Assembly: GCF_018977255.1 (NCBI RefSeq)
Contig: NW_024704742.1
Coordinates: 85,066,001-85,130,000 of the forward strand
Origin: Callorhinchus milii
Lineage: Eukaryota
Length of the DNA: 64,000 nt
Direction: 5' to 3'
Made by a program: the position numbers and the translations under genes. The notes below the pieces were generated by a model. That model was not told where the DNA came from, did no database searches, and saw nothing but the letters and a program-made list of their open reading frames with translations. Shown in pieces: positions 12,611 to 26,699 of this stretch (positions are counted from its first letter, which is position 1; every line of letters starts with the position of its first letter).

Positions 12611-15600
12611 TATAGGGAAGAAGGATGAAGGCAGCTGTGCTTTGAACCCATGTTTTGTTTAAGTAAATCAGTCAGTAACATTTTAGTTTGTGGGCATAAC
12701 AAGATCTATATCCTTTGCACAAGGCATTGTTTTGTCAGTTTAAGTTCTCAACAAATCTGATATGATTGCATCACCTTTATGAAAAATAAAATTCAAAGAT
12801 TATTTTTGTATGTTTTGTGTATCCCCGTCTGCTTGTATTTCACATTGTATTGGTACCCAGAGATATTGAAGTAGAGTAATTTGCAAAGTTACAGAAAGTG
12901 ACCGCGGCAAGGTTTTATAACTGACTTACTTCAAGGTCCTTGCAGATTTATCAAGAGCTATATAAACTGTTCCAGCCCTGACCTTTTTGAATTTGGATTC
13001 AGTCCAAACTTCACACTGGATTTGGCTCTGATACAGAAAATGTAAATTGCAATGAGTTCTGTACAAATGAAACATAACTCGGCAGCTCATGTATATCATA
13101 TAGATTTGGTCAATATTAGCTGCTGTGTTTTATTATCCCCATTGTTTTATTTGTGTTATAAACCCATTAAAGTAGGCAAGATATAAAGGGTCATTTCTGT
13201 ACAGTGTTGGATAGGTACAAATACTTTCTGTGAGTTGTGCAGGCACCTGTTTATTTGCAGCTCTTTAATATGTTTGAGTGCACATGCCTCAGTAACAGTC
13301 TGTCAGTGTGGAGGGAGTAGTGGAGGGAAGCTGTCAGAAGGTAACAAGAGCAGTCTTGGGGATTAGGGACAGTGGGCAATATTACTAGAAAATGACTTGG
13401 TCTTTTAATGGTCTTTTACATTCTTGTGCATTTCCACGTGCCTGGATTCCCCTTCTCTCTGAAGTGCTTGGGGTCTACTCACTATGACATTCAGTCAGTC
13501 ACAAGCAACATTAGGCATCTGGCGGTGAGCATCTGCATCTCCGTGCGTTGTACAAAGAGGCCGCTCACCATATGCAAGAGGTCAAGGGCCATATTACATG
13601 TGGCCCCCTCTACTATCATTGATTATTGATTGAGAGTAAGATTTGGTGGAATATCTTGCTCCAATATCTGATCTACATGTGTTAGTAATGTTTGACAAAT
13701 TGTCTTGCATTAAAACAATCAGTGTCTACCCAATTTGATATTTTTCTTGAAAGATATCTGGAGGGTCTGGTCCTGACCACACCACAGTTAACTGTTGTTT
13801 TCATTGATTAGATGGGCAGTGCATTCAGTGAAACATTGGAGTAAGATGGGATCTGATCTATTCAGGATGAAATATGTCACCCAGAAATTTACTGGACCAT
13901 TAAAAGATGCAACACTGAACAGGTTTTACTTTAGTTAGCTAATTTTGTTTTAACGAATGATCGGATGGTTGATTACCAAATAAGAAGAACTAAGGATAAT
14001 AATCCTTGCATTTGATATAGCACCTTATATCTTCAAGACATCTCAAAGCGCTTCACAGAATATACTGTAAAGTGAATTGACTCTATATTTTGTGGGCGAA
14101 ACTTGTGAGGATCTAAGAGCAGTACCTCAACTGCCTTCAAACGTTTGATGGTTGGATAGTGCCGAATCATTTGTGAGATACTTCACTGTCGAGTGATCCA
14201 TAAAATGGTGCACATCATCACAGAACAAGGTTTCATCTCCATATAAGACTTTGGTCATTCACTTCATGGCTGTTTGTGGGACACTGTTGTCTGCAAATTG
14301 GCTGTTGCGTTCTCCTACGAAATATAGTCACTCCATTTTACAGTGTGTCCTGTGAAGGGCTTTGAGGCATCCTCTGGACATGAAATATCAAATACAATAA
14401 CTATTATTATTGCCCTCCTATCCATGTACTGTCAGAGGTTTGAACTCTGTGTTCTTGCAGACTTCGGCCTTTGCCAGAAGTGTTTGCTTGTCTGAGAATG
14501 AGATATTATTTGAGTGGAATCCTGACAAATGGACAGATGCAGCTTAAGACACTTCATACTTGCAGCAGGGCTTGTATCCTCTCCAGCTAAAAATAGCCAA
14601 ATCTTTCCACCACAGCTCATTTAATTATTCATTCAGCAAAATGATTCAAAAGAACACTTACTGCACTCAGAATGAATATTCTGCAGAGAAATTATTAGAC
14701 TTCAAAAACTGTATTGCTGTCTGTTAGTGATATGTGGGTGGGCTGTATATTCAAAGTTCAAAAACTCACAAACGCTGTTTGAGACATCCTTCTGACGTGA
14801 AAGGCATTATATAAATGTAAAATTGTGTTTGTATTGACAAAAACTGCCTTGCCCCTGGATCAAGTATCGTTTGGCAATTGCTGGAACAGTTGGATCAGGT
14901 ACATTGGCTGATGGCACTTTGGAAGCAGTTTAATAGAGTTCCGAATATATCTCTGGAACCAATGTAACTTTTAGTTTAACCTGCGTTACATTGTGGATGT
15001 TGTTGAGCTTTAGGTTGCAGTGGCCACATAGCATGCTGATAGTGTTTAGGCATGAAGAATAACCACTTGAGCTTTGTCACAAGATATTTGAAGGTAACCA
15101 GCAATCGTGAAACAATGCCCAGCACGAGTCAGCTCCTTCATGTGAGGGGAGAAAGAAAAAATGAAAGATACTGGAAGAACTCTTGTTATTTTCAGAATCA
15201 TTTGTTATTGAAATATTCAGTGCTTGAATTTTACAGTTGCATTTACAGTCTAATGACGAGATAGTTGTAATTCTTGTGGATAGAAGCTGCAAAATATTTT
15301 GTACTCCAAGAAAGATTCAATTCAAAGATTCAATTTCCTTTTTTGCTTTTTGATATTCGATACTTAGAATTGTACAGTGGTGTCGATGTAATTACTGGAA
15401 ATTTGTTCATTAAATGGCGTTTGGCAAAATTCTCATTTTCAAAAAGATATAAAATGGCCGATTTGTTTTCCAAATCAAACAATTCCTAAGATTTGGAAAG
15501 GTTGTGGGCTAAAACTGTAGTAATTCCTTTCTAAGTACTATAATGAGACAAATATAAAGCTGGTTCTTTTATATGCCGTGTAGTATGGAAAAATACAGAG

Positions 15601-17713
15601 CACAAAAGAAAACGTGGTTTTACAATAGGATGTGTAATTGAAGTTTCACTACAGGGCTTTTATGTTTTTTTAAAAAGAACATTTTCTATGTACAATAAAG
15701 GATGTGGATGAACTTGTTGCAAGTCAGTTATACAAATCAAGAGGCTCAGACAATGGCACTAACCGGTAGTGCAAACTGAGCAGTTTGTGCCAACTAATTC
15801 CTGAGATTTTCAGGCACTTGCCTTGCGCTCACACCCTGCTTGTTTATTGCAGAATAGGGGAATGTATCAATTGTCTCCAGTTACTAAAAGATTGGCACTT
15901 ACTTAACAAACCAGTATCCGACTTTTCAAATGGTGTGTGTTAATGAGCATAGGTTGGGCTCATTAAGTTATCAATGACTTGGTGTATTCCCCGTCCCCAC
16001 CAACGCCATGGATGGAAGTTGCCACCACTGACTCAATGAGTTAAATGGCCTTCTTTTGTGTTGTACAACTCTGATTCTCCAGTTAAATCTGCTCTTAGAT
16101 ACAAAAGACTTGCTATGCAACATTTGGGAAAAATCCTGACTTCTGTCTGTACATTTCAATAGTTTTCTAATCTCTTTTAATGGGGGTTTCCTCATGCAAA
16201 TTAAAGTTGTAATTAAGTAAAATGATTAGCATGTAATCAGTGGGTAATACACATTTATATCCACATCAGATGGTTTCAGTTGAACCATGTAAATCGAGAC
16301 ATCAATACAGCTTTTGAATGCGGTAAATTACAGTGCCCAAACCTGGCTTTCAATACCATGTACAAAAAACACGTTACCAAAAGTCTGACTGGAGTGATTG
16401 TTAGAAGCTGGTAATTATTTAACTGCCACATGTAAATAGATCCATAACAAGATTTCATTTCTGTACATACACCCATCAAGAAGTTACAATTTCTCTATGT
16501 TATGCAAATTGTGATTAATCTTTGTTTTAAAAACCCTACACAGAAAAAAAGCCCCCCCCGGCATTTCACTATATGTGTAAGAGTATTTCCCTTTTCGATT
16601 TTAATGGACACAGATCAGTGGCCAAAGGGCCAAGTACTGAAGAATGAATAAACCATTTGTAAAAGCTGCAAGGAAATGAATAGGAAGCACAGCACTTATC
16701 CCCTTGAAACAATTAGAGGTTATTGAGTGGGTGATGAGTGACTTGCATCTGACTTCACCCTGTACACACATCTGAGTGAAAATGAGATAAAACTAAATCT
16801 GTAAAGATTCATTCTAGCCTGAGAATGAATGACCTTAGTACTGTGGTCTATTTGTTTTCATAAGAATTTCTCATTCCACTCGGATTTTATTTATGTAACC
16901 TCTGCAAAGCATTTGTTGGAATTTGGTATTTTGTTGGCAAATAAAGGGTTAAATATGTTTTTTAAAAGTTCACAACATAAAACATAGTTTTCAGTTTCAT
17001 AGCAAAATAAAATGCTCACTGCATTTTAATGGTACCATAGTTAAAAAAATGTACCTTAAACAAGAACAGTTAAGCCTTGTAGTTCAGACTTGCTGTGTAG
17101 CAGTCTGTAATATATTTCAGTCCATCCAAAATACAGCAGGAAGCAATGTATCCAAAGAGCTGCCTTGTTTTATGGTGAGATTGCAGGCAAGATTCTCGAG
17201 TGTGATTTGTTCAAATGCAGCCCCGTGACCAAGAATAGTTTTCCTGTTGCCTGCTTACTGAGAGAGAGCTTACAGTGAGTAAGATCTGAGAGCTATCAAA
17301 GAAGATCACAGATCATTGTGATGGATTTTACAGAGTACAAACTGCAAAGACTGCAGTGAACTACATCTCTCAAATAATACTGTACCAGGGGCAAATGATA
17401 CGACTTTGAATCTAAATGTGTGGTGGACAGAGTATATCTGTCTACTTGGGTGTTTATATGTACCTGTGAAGAGTTATTATCAAAACCAGCCAGTGATTAT
17501 TAACTGTTTAAAAAAAGTCTATTTATGTAACTGCTTGTTTTTACTGTCATGTGTGATTTTCCACAAGGATTCTTGGAGAAGCAGCTCTGGTATTTGGGAT
17601 TTAGTTCCATGCTTAACTTTAGTAACTTTTGTGTGATAAATAACCCACTGATTTATCTTGTTTTGTTTATTTTCTAGGAAATTGACTATTAAAAGGAATA
17701 AAAGCCCAGCAAG

Positions 17714-18860
17714 ATGGAAGACTGCCTTCACACATGTTCAGAAAACCTGTCCAAACTGGTCAGCTGGGCTCACAGTCATGGGACTATATGCAGTCTCATT
17801 CCAAACCTGAAACACTTGTTGACTGAAGGGGCCCATGGAAACCTGACAGCTATGTGGGGCTGCAGTGCAGGCCATGCTTATCACTGGCCGCTGACTGCTA
17901 CCTGCCGGGCTGGGTCCCAGGATCGGGTATGCTATCAGGACAGTAGGAGTTTTAACTCTGATAGTCCCAGCATAATAGCAGTGTCCTCCGAGGCTCATCA
18001 AAGCCCAGGGGAGAGATTTGTAAGCAGACTCTCAAAGGGAAAGGCAGAGTGTACCAGGAATTTGGATTCCTGTGAGTTTTCATACAGTGAACCCTCCGAG
18101 GTTGATGAGAATGTGGAGTACGAGGACGATATGTTCGATATGGTGTGTGAGTCCTCAGTGACTGATGAAGACAGCGATTACGAATCTCGGCTAGAGCATC
18201 AAAGAAACTCACGGAAAAGGCGAGAAGCAGGGCCTTCACTGTTACCCAATTCTCCGAACCTGGTTATTGAAAACAGTAATGACGTCATTGTCAAAAAGAT
18301 CAAGCAAGAGAGACCTGAAGATTACTATATTGTGGCGAATGCAGAAATTGCTGTAGATAGTAATGGCTCTTCAATCGCATTGACACCAAAGCCAAAAACA
18401 CAGCCAAAGTCTGGGCCAGCTTCTTATTTGGGGCCTACCAAGTCTTCAGCCCTTCTTCCTGCTGCCCATATGGCTGAACAGACTGATTCACAAGGTATTT
18501 CTGTCATTCCACCAACAATCTCCAGGGCAGTAAGCACAAAATCTGGCCGGAGTTCGATAGTGTCACATAACCAGTTGAGTGGGCAGGGAGCCGGCCAGCA
18601 GTTAGTTCTTCAGATGCCAGTCAGCAGCTCTGGAGGCAACCAGCAGATCAATATTCCGTTATCAGCTCTGCAGCTTCCCGGTCAAGAGGATCAGGATACT
18701 TCAGAAGACCTGGATATACAAATGATAAAGACAGGGTCTTCCAGGGAAGCATCTCTGTCTCCACCCATCAGTGCAGAACCTGAAGTCAGCTCCAGTCAGC
18801 AGCAGTCCAGTCTGCTTCAAGTGCTGGCCAAAGATGCCAGTGCACAATCAACAGCAACAG
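17714..18860 (+). CDS. KIAA1958: KIAA1958 shared first coding exon (N-terminal 382 aa plus 1 nt)
   Basis: The ORF starts MEDCLHTCSENLSKLVSWAHSHGTICSLIPNLKHLL...CSAGHAYHWPLTATCRAGSQDRVCY and includes KKIKQERPEDYYIVANAE, which I recognise as the KIAA1958 N-terminus. Acceptor: polypyrimidine tract plus TAG at 17675-17677, so the exon begins at 17678 with a short 5' UTR. Donor: CAG|GTAAGA at 18860/18861, phase 1. Confidence 0.95.
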
Positions 18861-20814
18861 GTAAGACGGTCTTTAACAGGGGAAAAAAACTTCTCTTGTA
18901 ACAGATTATTTGACTGTTGAATTTTCAACATGTGCACTCACGCAAACCTATTACTGCAACTGTAAAATGTGTGTGTGGGTGGGGGGCAGTTTGTTTTATT
19001 TTTTCTAGGATTCATTTGGAATCTAAGATTCGAAGATATTGGTTTCAAATGAAAATAAGAACAGTTGAAATCAGATATATCCACTTATTTTGGTTCAGAC
19101 AGAGGTAGTTGAGTCCCCTTGCACCCTAGATGGTTGAGGCCACTCCCCCAGGGTATTGGAGCCCGCTCCCCCAGGTAGTTAATCGTTCATTGCTATGATA
19201 AAGCTAACTATATTTAGTTAGATTTGTTCATGAGGAGATAGATCATTTTTAAAGGCGTTGTCATCAATTTTTGGAAGTGCCCAGAAATTTATTATGACAC
19301 CCAAGAAATATTGCTAATCTTTTACCACACATTTTCCAATTCCCCTGTTGTTTTTGTGGGTTGAGGCAAGAGGAAGGAGAGCTTGGATAACACAATTATG
19401 CAAGTGTACACAAGTGACCTTCAAGGATGACTACGACAAGTCCAAAGCTAATACAGATTGTAATGAAGACTTGACTGAAGGTATTGCTGGCCTCTCAAGT
19501 TTCCTCCATGGCCCTCCTCTATAGTACATTTTCTAGGCTTGTTTACATGAAAGAAAATTCTGTTCATTTTAAACAGAATCTGGCAATAGGGTTGAAAAAC
19601 ACAGCTTTCTGTTTACCAAGAAAATATTTTAGGAAAGAAGCCACAATATGTCATCAACCAGTCAGTCTAAAACCTGGGCACGCACCAACGTGACAAATTC
19701 CAAACTTTCCCCGTCTCTTATTGGAATATTTTAGCATGTATGTCACTTAACTGCATACTCAAACCCTCTGCACTAAATACAGATTGCTTTCTGAAAAACG
19801 CATTGATTTTATTTTCTCTTGCATAACATAATTTCAGATAAAGTTGCCGCAAATTGGCACAATATGGCCCAAGAAGTGTCCTTTAGCCCTTGGATGTACT
19901 GTATTGTCGATTAGGTTTTCCAGTCACTCAGTAAAGCATGCCTATATGGAAAAAGGCTGTATAACACAACAGGTTTATACTAACCTATTTATCAAGATAA
20001 TCATGTGTGAGTACAAAATAGATGCAGTAAAATGATCAAAGTTATTACTATGAGGAACTTGAGTTAATATATTACGTGGCTTTGTGGGATTCTGGTTCTA
20101 AACTTGGTCACAAGTACAATTGATATTTTTATGGGGGAGAGTGTGGTGGGGGTAGTACTCGGCTGCTCTGCCTCAGAGAAAGGATCCATGTAAGACATTC
20201 TGGTGACACGGTTCCTTTCATTGACATTGCCAAACACTGGCTTCGGGAGTGAAGGATCCCACGGCTCAATGCTACCCTTGTATCTACATTAACACTATGG
20301 TTTCCTGCCTTCACAGTCAGGAGACAGCAATATTAATGGGGATACAAGGGAATGGGAATTTTACAAAAGCTAGGGAAAGAAATAGCTGAAGAACGTGTAA
20401 GGAAAGATTTTTGTTTTAAAAAAACCTTGTTATAGTCAGTGCAATAGAGGAGAATTTTGAAAGCCTTTGCATTTCAACATGGTCTACCAGTTTGATTTTA
20501 TGTCGAGACAAGTTTTTTTTTACGGACACTTTCTCAAACACGTGCAAGGTATATGTTGCAAACGTGCGTAAGTACAGAGGGTGAGACTTTGGGTACCAAG
20601 TCCATGTAACGTAAGTCAGTTTTAACTGAATTTCCATATCAACGTGACCCTCAAGTACAGGAGTGCAGCTCACAGGGTTTATTATTTGAAATGACAGCCT
20701 TACAAAGCAGCAGTAATTATTTCATGGAATGAACTGCAAAGTGAATTTTAAATTGTGTGTAAAGTTTCTCTGACTGGTGCTTCCCCGGGTCAATCAAATA
20801 TCAAGACCATAACT

Positions 20815-20977
20815 AATGTCAATCTACGACTGTTTGTGGGACACTTCTGTGTGAAATTGGCAGCCCCGTTTCGCCCATAAAATACACAGTCAATCCATCC
20901 TACAATATGTGCTATGAAGTGCTTTTGAGACGTCTCAATGGCGTGCTAAGATATTATATCAAATACAAGGATTATTA
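20815..20977 (+). mobile_element. SINE 3' half
   Basis: Body and tail ending atcaaatacaaggattatt. Confidence 0.8.
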
Positions 20978-21285
20978 ATATCGAAGGCAGCAGAGAGGTC
21001 GAGGAAGCAGAGGGAGCCCTTGGTCACAGATGGACAGAATGTCATTTGTCACCTTAAGCAGAGCAGTTTCCGTGCTGTGAGCAGCATGGAAACCCGATTG
21101 GAGGGGCTCGTGAAGGGAGTGGTAAGAGAGGAATGAGTGAAGCTGGGAAGCAGCAACTCTTTCAAGGACCTTCGAAAGAAATGGGAGGTTGGACATGGGC
21201 CGGTAGTTGGAAAGCAGAGATGGGTCCAGGGAAGGTTTTGTTTCAGGATGGGGGTGATTGTAGCTGTTTTTAGGGGGATGGGATT
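20978..21285 (-). mobile_element. L2 reverse transcriptase internal fragment
   Basis: Encodes SNLPFLSKVLERVAASQL...QSGFHAAHSTETALLKVTNDIL. Confidence 0.9.
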
Positions 21286-21299
21286 ACTGTGCAGTTTGG

Positions 21300-21440
21300 T
21301 TTTAAAAGGCATGGAGAAAGGAATATAGGGGTCCAGGGGAGGAGATTAGGAAGGGTGGAGGCTCTTGTGAAGTGTAAACATCAGCACAGACAATTTGGGC
21401 TGAATGGCCTGTTTCTGTGCTCTAACGTTCTATGTAATAC
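21300..21440 (+). mobile_element. CR1-clade 3' end fragment
   Basis: Ends tgggctgaatggcctgtttctgtgct...ttctatgtaat. A similar copy lies at 63400-63612. Confidence 0.65.
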
Positions 21441-21503
21441 TGGATGGATTGTTACACAATGTATGCAACGGCTAACAGCACTATGAAGTGTCACTGCTAC
21501 TAT

Positions 21504-21864
21504 GAAATCCTGTAGCTCAGTGGTTTAGAGCACTTGCCTCGTAAGCAGGAGACCTGGGCTTGATTCCCGGTAGGGCGAAATGTTGGGCAAGTTTCCTTAC
21601 TCCACACGCTTCTGTTTACCTAGCAGTAAGTAAGAACCGGGTTGTTAGTCGATTGGCGGATCGTTTTTCTGGGGATAATAATTCCTTCAAAAAAATTGGT
21701 CACTTCAATCCACGACTGTTTGTGGGACGCTGCTGCGCGCTATTGGCTGCCACGTTTCTCCCACAAAATATTCAGTCAATTCACTTTACACTATATTCTG
21801 TGAAGCCCTTTGAGACGTCTCGAAGACATGATAAGGCACTATATCAAATGCTAGAATTATTATT
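21504..21864 (+). mobile_element. tRNA-derived SINE, full length
   Basis: Box A tagctcagtgg, degenerate box B, body, L2-like tail hairpin and (ATT)n. Confidence 0.9.
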
Positions 21865-23302
21865 TACTTTCTAATTTTCCCAGAGCTGCCATATTTTATA
21901 TTAAATCCAGTCTCAGTCTGGTTTGAATACTCTTAAGCATAGTGATGGGTTTTCACATGTTTCAGACACCTTCACTGGTCTGTCTCATATGTATCTATAA
22001 TTTAGTGATTGATAAATTGCACTAGGATACAAATAAACCTCCTGTTGTCAGTGATGATATTCCAGGTAAACGTTCTCTATATCACTGGTGTATCCAAGTC
22101 ACTCACTTCAATTTAGAGAACATCAGAATGTCCTTGCAGGAATGTAGTTTATAATTGGTTTATTCTGTCATATTTATTTGCAGTGAAAGCTCAGCTGAGG
22201 CATAAACATTGCATTTAATAGGAATGGCTGCACTGCACCAGTTCTTAACTACAGTATTTGTAACTAATTTCAGTAATAATCTGAGTACTAAAACCGAGTG
22301 CAACGCTTCATTATTTATTGCCAGTTATTAACCATTGGTGATTGACATCCTCACTTCATCTAACATCGGCTGAATATTTTACTTGGAGACTGTTTTTAAT
22401 TCTCCCCTGCTCCCTCCTCTTCCCCCCTCCGCCCTCTCGTTCCAAAAGTGAGTGCTAGTTGATCTCTGCTGTGCCAATACTGAATTAGAAGCTGCCTGGC
22501 ACCTGCTAAAGATTTCCTAGATGTATTTGGAATTTAATAACCAACTCTCAAGTGGATTTGTTGGAGTGACCAGTTCTTCAGTAAATTTAATCATTGCTTT
22601 TAGTATGGATCAAGCGCTGTGTGCTAGAGCAGGTTAGTTTGGCTGAACGAGCTTGATCCTTGTTCAAGCTGTCATTTTGTGGATCACATTCCTGCTCTTA
22701 TTGGAAAAACAGGCCAGGATTAATATCTGATGCATAATAGCGACAGTATCAACCTGAGACTGGTGCCTGCGTAAATCATTGCAGCCTGGTGTAGGAATGC
22801 TTCACATTCATCTAAAAACTTCACTTTAATTTGCGACATTTGGGCTTTATTTGAACAAATACTGTATCCAGAGGCCCCAATATTGCAAACTAGACCCTAA
22901 CCCCTAATTTAAAAGTGTTAGTTGGTTGTGATTTTAAATAAAGGTTTGTTTATCGAATACATAATTTATTATTTTTATTAATCTACTTTGAAAGCTGCAT
23001 AACCTGACAGTAATATATTTTTTAAATCAATAGTACTTACCGCATAAACAAGCTTTGACCAAAATCTCGATGGGATTGGCTTAGAAACGGTTTTGAACGA
23101 AAAGATACTTTTATGTTTTTACTTCCCTGTGGTGCCGTCGGGTCGTGAGTCAGGGGTTGAAGCACTGGCTATGAGTCGAGCCAGTCCCCCAAATTCTCTT
23201 AGTCCACAAACGTTCTTTGTTTCTTAGTTTTTCTGAATAGCTGTGTCAGAGAATTGCGAGAAAATTAATTGCTGCTACAAATGCAACTGGCTATTTAATA
23301 TA

Positions 23303-23644
23303 CAGAGTGACCAAAAAGTCCTGTTACCTCCTGTTACAAAACAGTGATATGAGACTGCGGAGGAGCCTGAAACAAGTTGTCAGAGATGCATTTCCACCTC
23401 ATCACTTTATCCATGTTACGGAAGATGTAGCACTAAACATGGCGACGGATCATTAGCTGCCATGAAAATGAAGGCTCTCACACACACTGATCCTCTGGAT
23501 GCCTAAATACAGTTAAACACTTGTACTGAATACAATGAAGTATCTCTAAATACAATCATCATCATTCTTCCACATGTTTCAGTTGTCGGTCACTGCACTG
23601 TAGAAAAAAAACATGGGGGGTAACAGGTCTTTGTGAGCACCCTG
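23303..23644. mobile_element. Tc1/mariner-type MITE with ~29-bp imperfect TIRs and TA TSD
   Basis: TA|CAGAGTGACCAAAAAGTCCTGTTACCTCC ... GGGGGTAACAGGTCTTTGTGAGCACCCTG|TA. No ORF. Confidence 0.8.
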
Positions 23645-24409
23645 TAGTATTCCCAAACAACCATTGTATTTTATTAATGGGGAAAAAAGATGGGGGTCAA
23701 TTTTAATTTTTATTGCACTGGCCCAGGTGCAGTGCTTTTTTCAATGCTGAAGATACCTCCCGAGCTGAGCCTCGTACATGTAAAGGGGCTGTTTATAAAC
23801 TTTGATCCTCTGTGAGTGCGCAAAATTATCTTGTTTACCGAGCAAGGTGAATGCAATGCTGTTATCCACAAGAAAGTGGAAACAATTCAGGGGAAATGGT
23901 TCATTCTTCTCTGAATGGCATCAAAAGTGTTGGGGAGAAACTCACCCTCGCCCTAACAAAGTCTTTCTGTAAGAGAAAATACCTGAGGTTTTTGAGCACA
24001 CCGTTTGTTTTAAGGGAGAATCAATCTTTAACAGAAAGTTAACTGGCACCCAAACCTAAACTGCACAATCTTCCATTATCTTTCTCTGCGTATTTTAACA
24101 CTCCACACCATATTCATTTTCTGATCTGTCTTCACAGTCTCCTTCCATTTCTCTCTTCACAGTTTCCTTTCTGCTACATTGGGGTGGAGTCTCCATAGGT
24201 TGGAGTGATAAATATCTAGTTTCCAGCAAGATGCTGTACCTCTAATCCATTCTCAATTTGGGTTGTAACTCACTCATTTTCAACCCCACATTGTCGTATG
24301 TTGCTTTCAGCTTTTGTTAACTTTCTGTGGGAATCGCACTGTGGGGTTGAAAACACTGATACAAAATAACGATAACAACAACAAATTACATTTGCATTGC
24401 GCCTTTCAA

Positions 24410-25197
24410 CAACGACAACAAGATTTCATTTACAGAGCGCCTTTCACGTCGGGAGGACGTCCCAAGGCGCTGTACAGTTGGGTCAGGACCCGAGCAGCGG
24501 GGAAACAGTCAGGGTGAGGGGAGGGAAGGGAGGGAGCGAGGAGGGGGTAGAGAGTCGAGAGGGGAGCTGAAGGCTCGGTCAAAGAGAAAGGTCTTGAGAC
24601 CGGCCTTGAAGGAGGAAAGGGAGGAGGCGGCGAAGGCACTGGGGGATGGAGTTCCAGAGCCTCGGGGCTGAGAGGCTGAAGGCACGACCACCGATGGTAG
24701 GGCGGTTGGGGCGGGGGATGTGGAGCAGACCGGAGCCAGAGGAACGGAGGGTACGGGCAGGTAGGTAGGGGGATAGTAGGTTGGAGAGGTAGGAGGGAGC
24801 GAGGCCGTGAATGGCCTTGTAGGTGAGGATGAGGATCTTGAAATCAATCCTCTGGGGGATGGGGAGCCAGTGGAGGCGAGTGAGGGTGGGAGTGATGTGG
24901 TCCCGAAGCCTGGTGCGGGACAGTACACGAGCTGCAGAGTTCTGAATGACCTGCAGCTTGTGGAGGGAGGTGCCGGGAAGGCCGACAAGGAGAGAGTTCC
25001 CATAGTCCAGCCTTGAGGTGACAAAGGCGTGAACCAGGGTTTCAGCGGCGTGAGGGGTGAGGTAGTGCCGTAGTCTGGCGATGTTCCGGAGGTGATGGAA
25101 GGCGGTGCCAGTTGTGGTGCGGATATGAGGGAGAAAGGACAGCTCAGGGTCGAACAGAACCCCGAGGTTCCTGACGGCTTTGAGAGGTGGAGAGTGC
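24410..25197 (-). mobile_element. Young L2 3' fragment inserted into an older L2 3' end (24366-24409 plus 25198-25415)
   Basis: ORF 24579-25223 encodes VRNLGVLFDPELSF...HLRNIARLR...SRLDYGNSLLVGLP...LHWLP...APRLWNSIP. Nearly identical to 55836-56268. Confidence 0.92.
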
Positions 25198-26699
25198 AGC
25201 CTTGGATGCTGATGCCAAGGCACAGGACAGTCAAGGATTTCGACCCGAACAGGGGCTTGGGATCAGGAGGGGTGGAGAGCAGGGAGGGTGGCCAAAGGCA
25301 CGGTCGAAGAGGAAGGTTTTGAGTCGTGCCTCGAGCAAGGCAAGGGAGGGAGCAAGGGGAAGCGACTGTTGGACAGAGTTGCAAAGGGTGGGGGCAGAGA
25401 GGCTGACCACCCAGACGTATAACGCACCACTGACCACGTTATAAGTGGTTACCCTGTAGTAACCTAATGAATTTCTTCATTCCAGCAATAAAAAAAAGTG
25501 TGCTGGAGGAGGGGAGTAGAGGAGAGAAACAAGTCAGGTACAAATGAAAAGATGCCACTCTAACGGTGTTAAATGAAATGAGTTTAATCCTCTGTGGAAC
25601 AAGCTATAATGGAAACTTTTTTGCAGTTTATATATTGTTTTTTTCCCAAGATGTTTTAAAATGCTGATCTAAGGACAGCTCTAAAAAGCATTTATCATCC
25701 CCTGCCCAGCTTTATATGCTCTTACTACAGAGCTGCATCAGGAGGGAACATAAAATCCACACGACTCTTCCCTGCAATTATGGGTTATTGTCCTTGGCAG
25801 TGGTTGTAATGTACGGTTTATTTGTATACCAGTTTTTGTCGGAACCTATTTTTAAAAATGTTTTTTTAAAAACTCGATCTGTTGGATAAAAACCTTTAAA
25901 CATCCACAGATGTCTGCTAATAGCTTGTAATTAAATACGAACAGGACTGGGATCTAAATGTATCGCATCAGAAAAGAAAGGGCAGCAAATTGAGTAATGC
26001 AATGAATTCGGTGACTAGCCGTTGTGCTCTGCTGGGGCTCAGAGTGGGTAGTTTCTCTTAAGAGCTCCATTAGTTCTAGGTGCCAGCTGGAGCTCAGAGT
26101 TCAAGCCCCGATGTCAGAAAAATATTAACCTCAACTGCCCTGGATCGGGCTATTGAGGAACTGTACTCAGCTACAGGCCCCTGTGTATTGAAAGATTAGA
26201 TTATTATGCGCAATTTATCTTCTGTGGATACTGAGTATCAACTTTCAACATGGCTTGTTTTATTTTCTTTGAACGTTCTTGCAGAAATAATTTTCTGCAC
26301 TCGGTTGCAAACGAAATTCAAGAATGCTGTAAATAACTGTGAAATATTTGGGAAATTCAGAGTGCTTAGAACAAACTTTTTCTAGTTCTTGTATCAACTA
26401 CTTTTTGCATTGCTTCTTGTATTTTCTTTTGCTTAGCTTTTGCTGGATCAGGGTTTTACAGAACATGAGGTGGGTGTGGGAAGGGGGCTGAGATTCGTCC
26501 AGCCATTTACAAACTGTGTGAAGCCCATTTAACAAAGTTGTCCCAAGTAATGTTAATAAAATTGTTTCCACCTGTTGAGAGAACTGGAATTTCCTAAACA
26601 CAAACATGAGACTTGCACACCAGTACCATACTTGAACAGTGCAAGGAATGACATCAAATCTGTGAATCTTATCTGTGGAGCACAGAGTCCTCAGAGCAG

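Noticed and set aside
18861..18901. C-terminal GKTVFNRGKKLLL of the 395-aa ORF
   Set aside because: This is read-through past a consensus donor into the intron.
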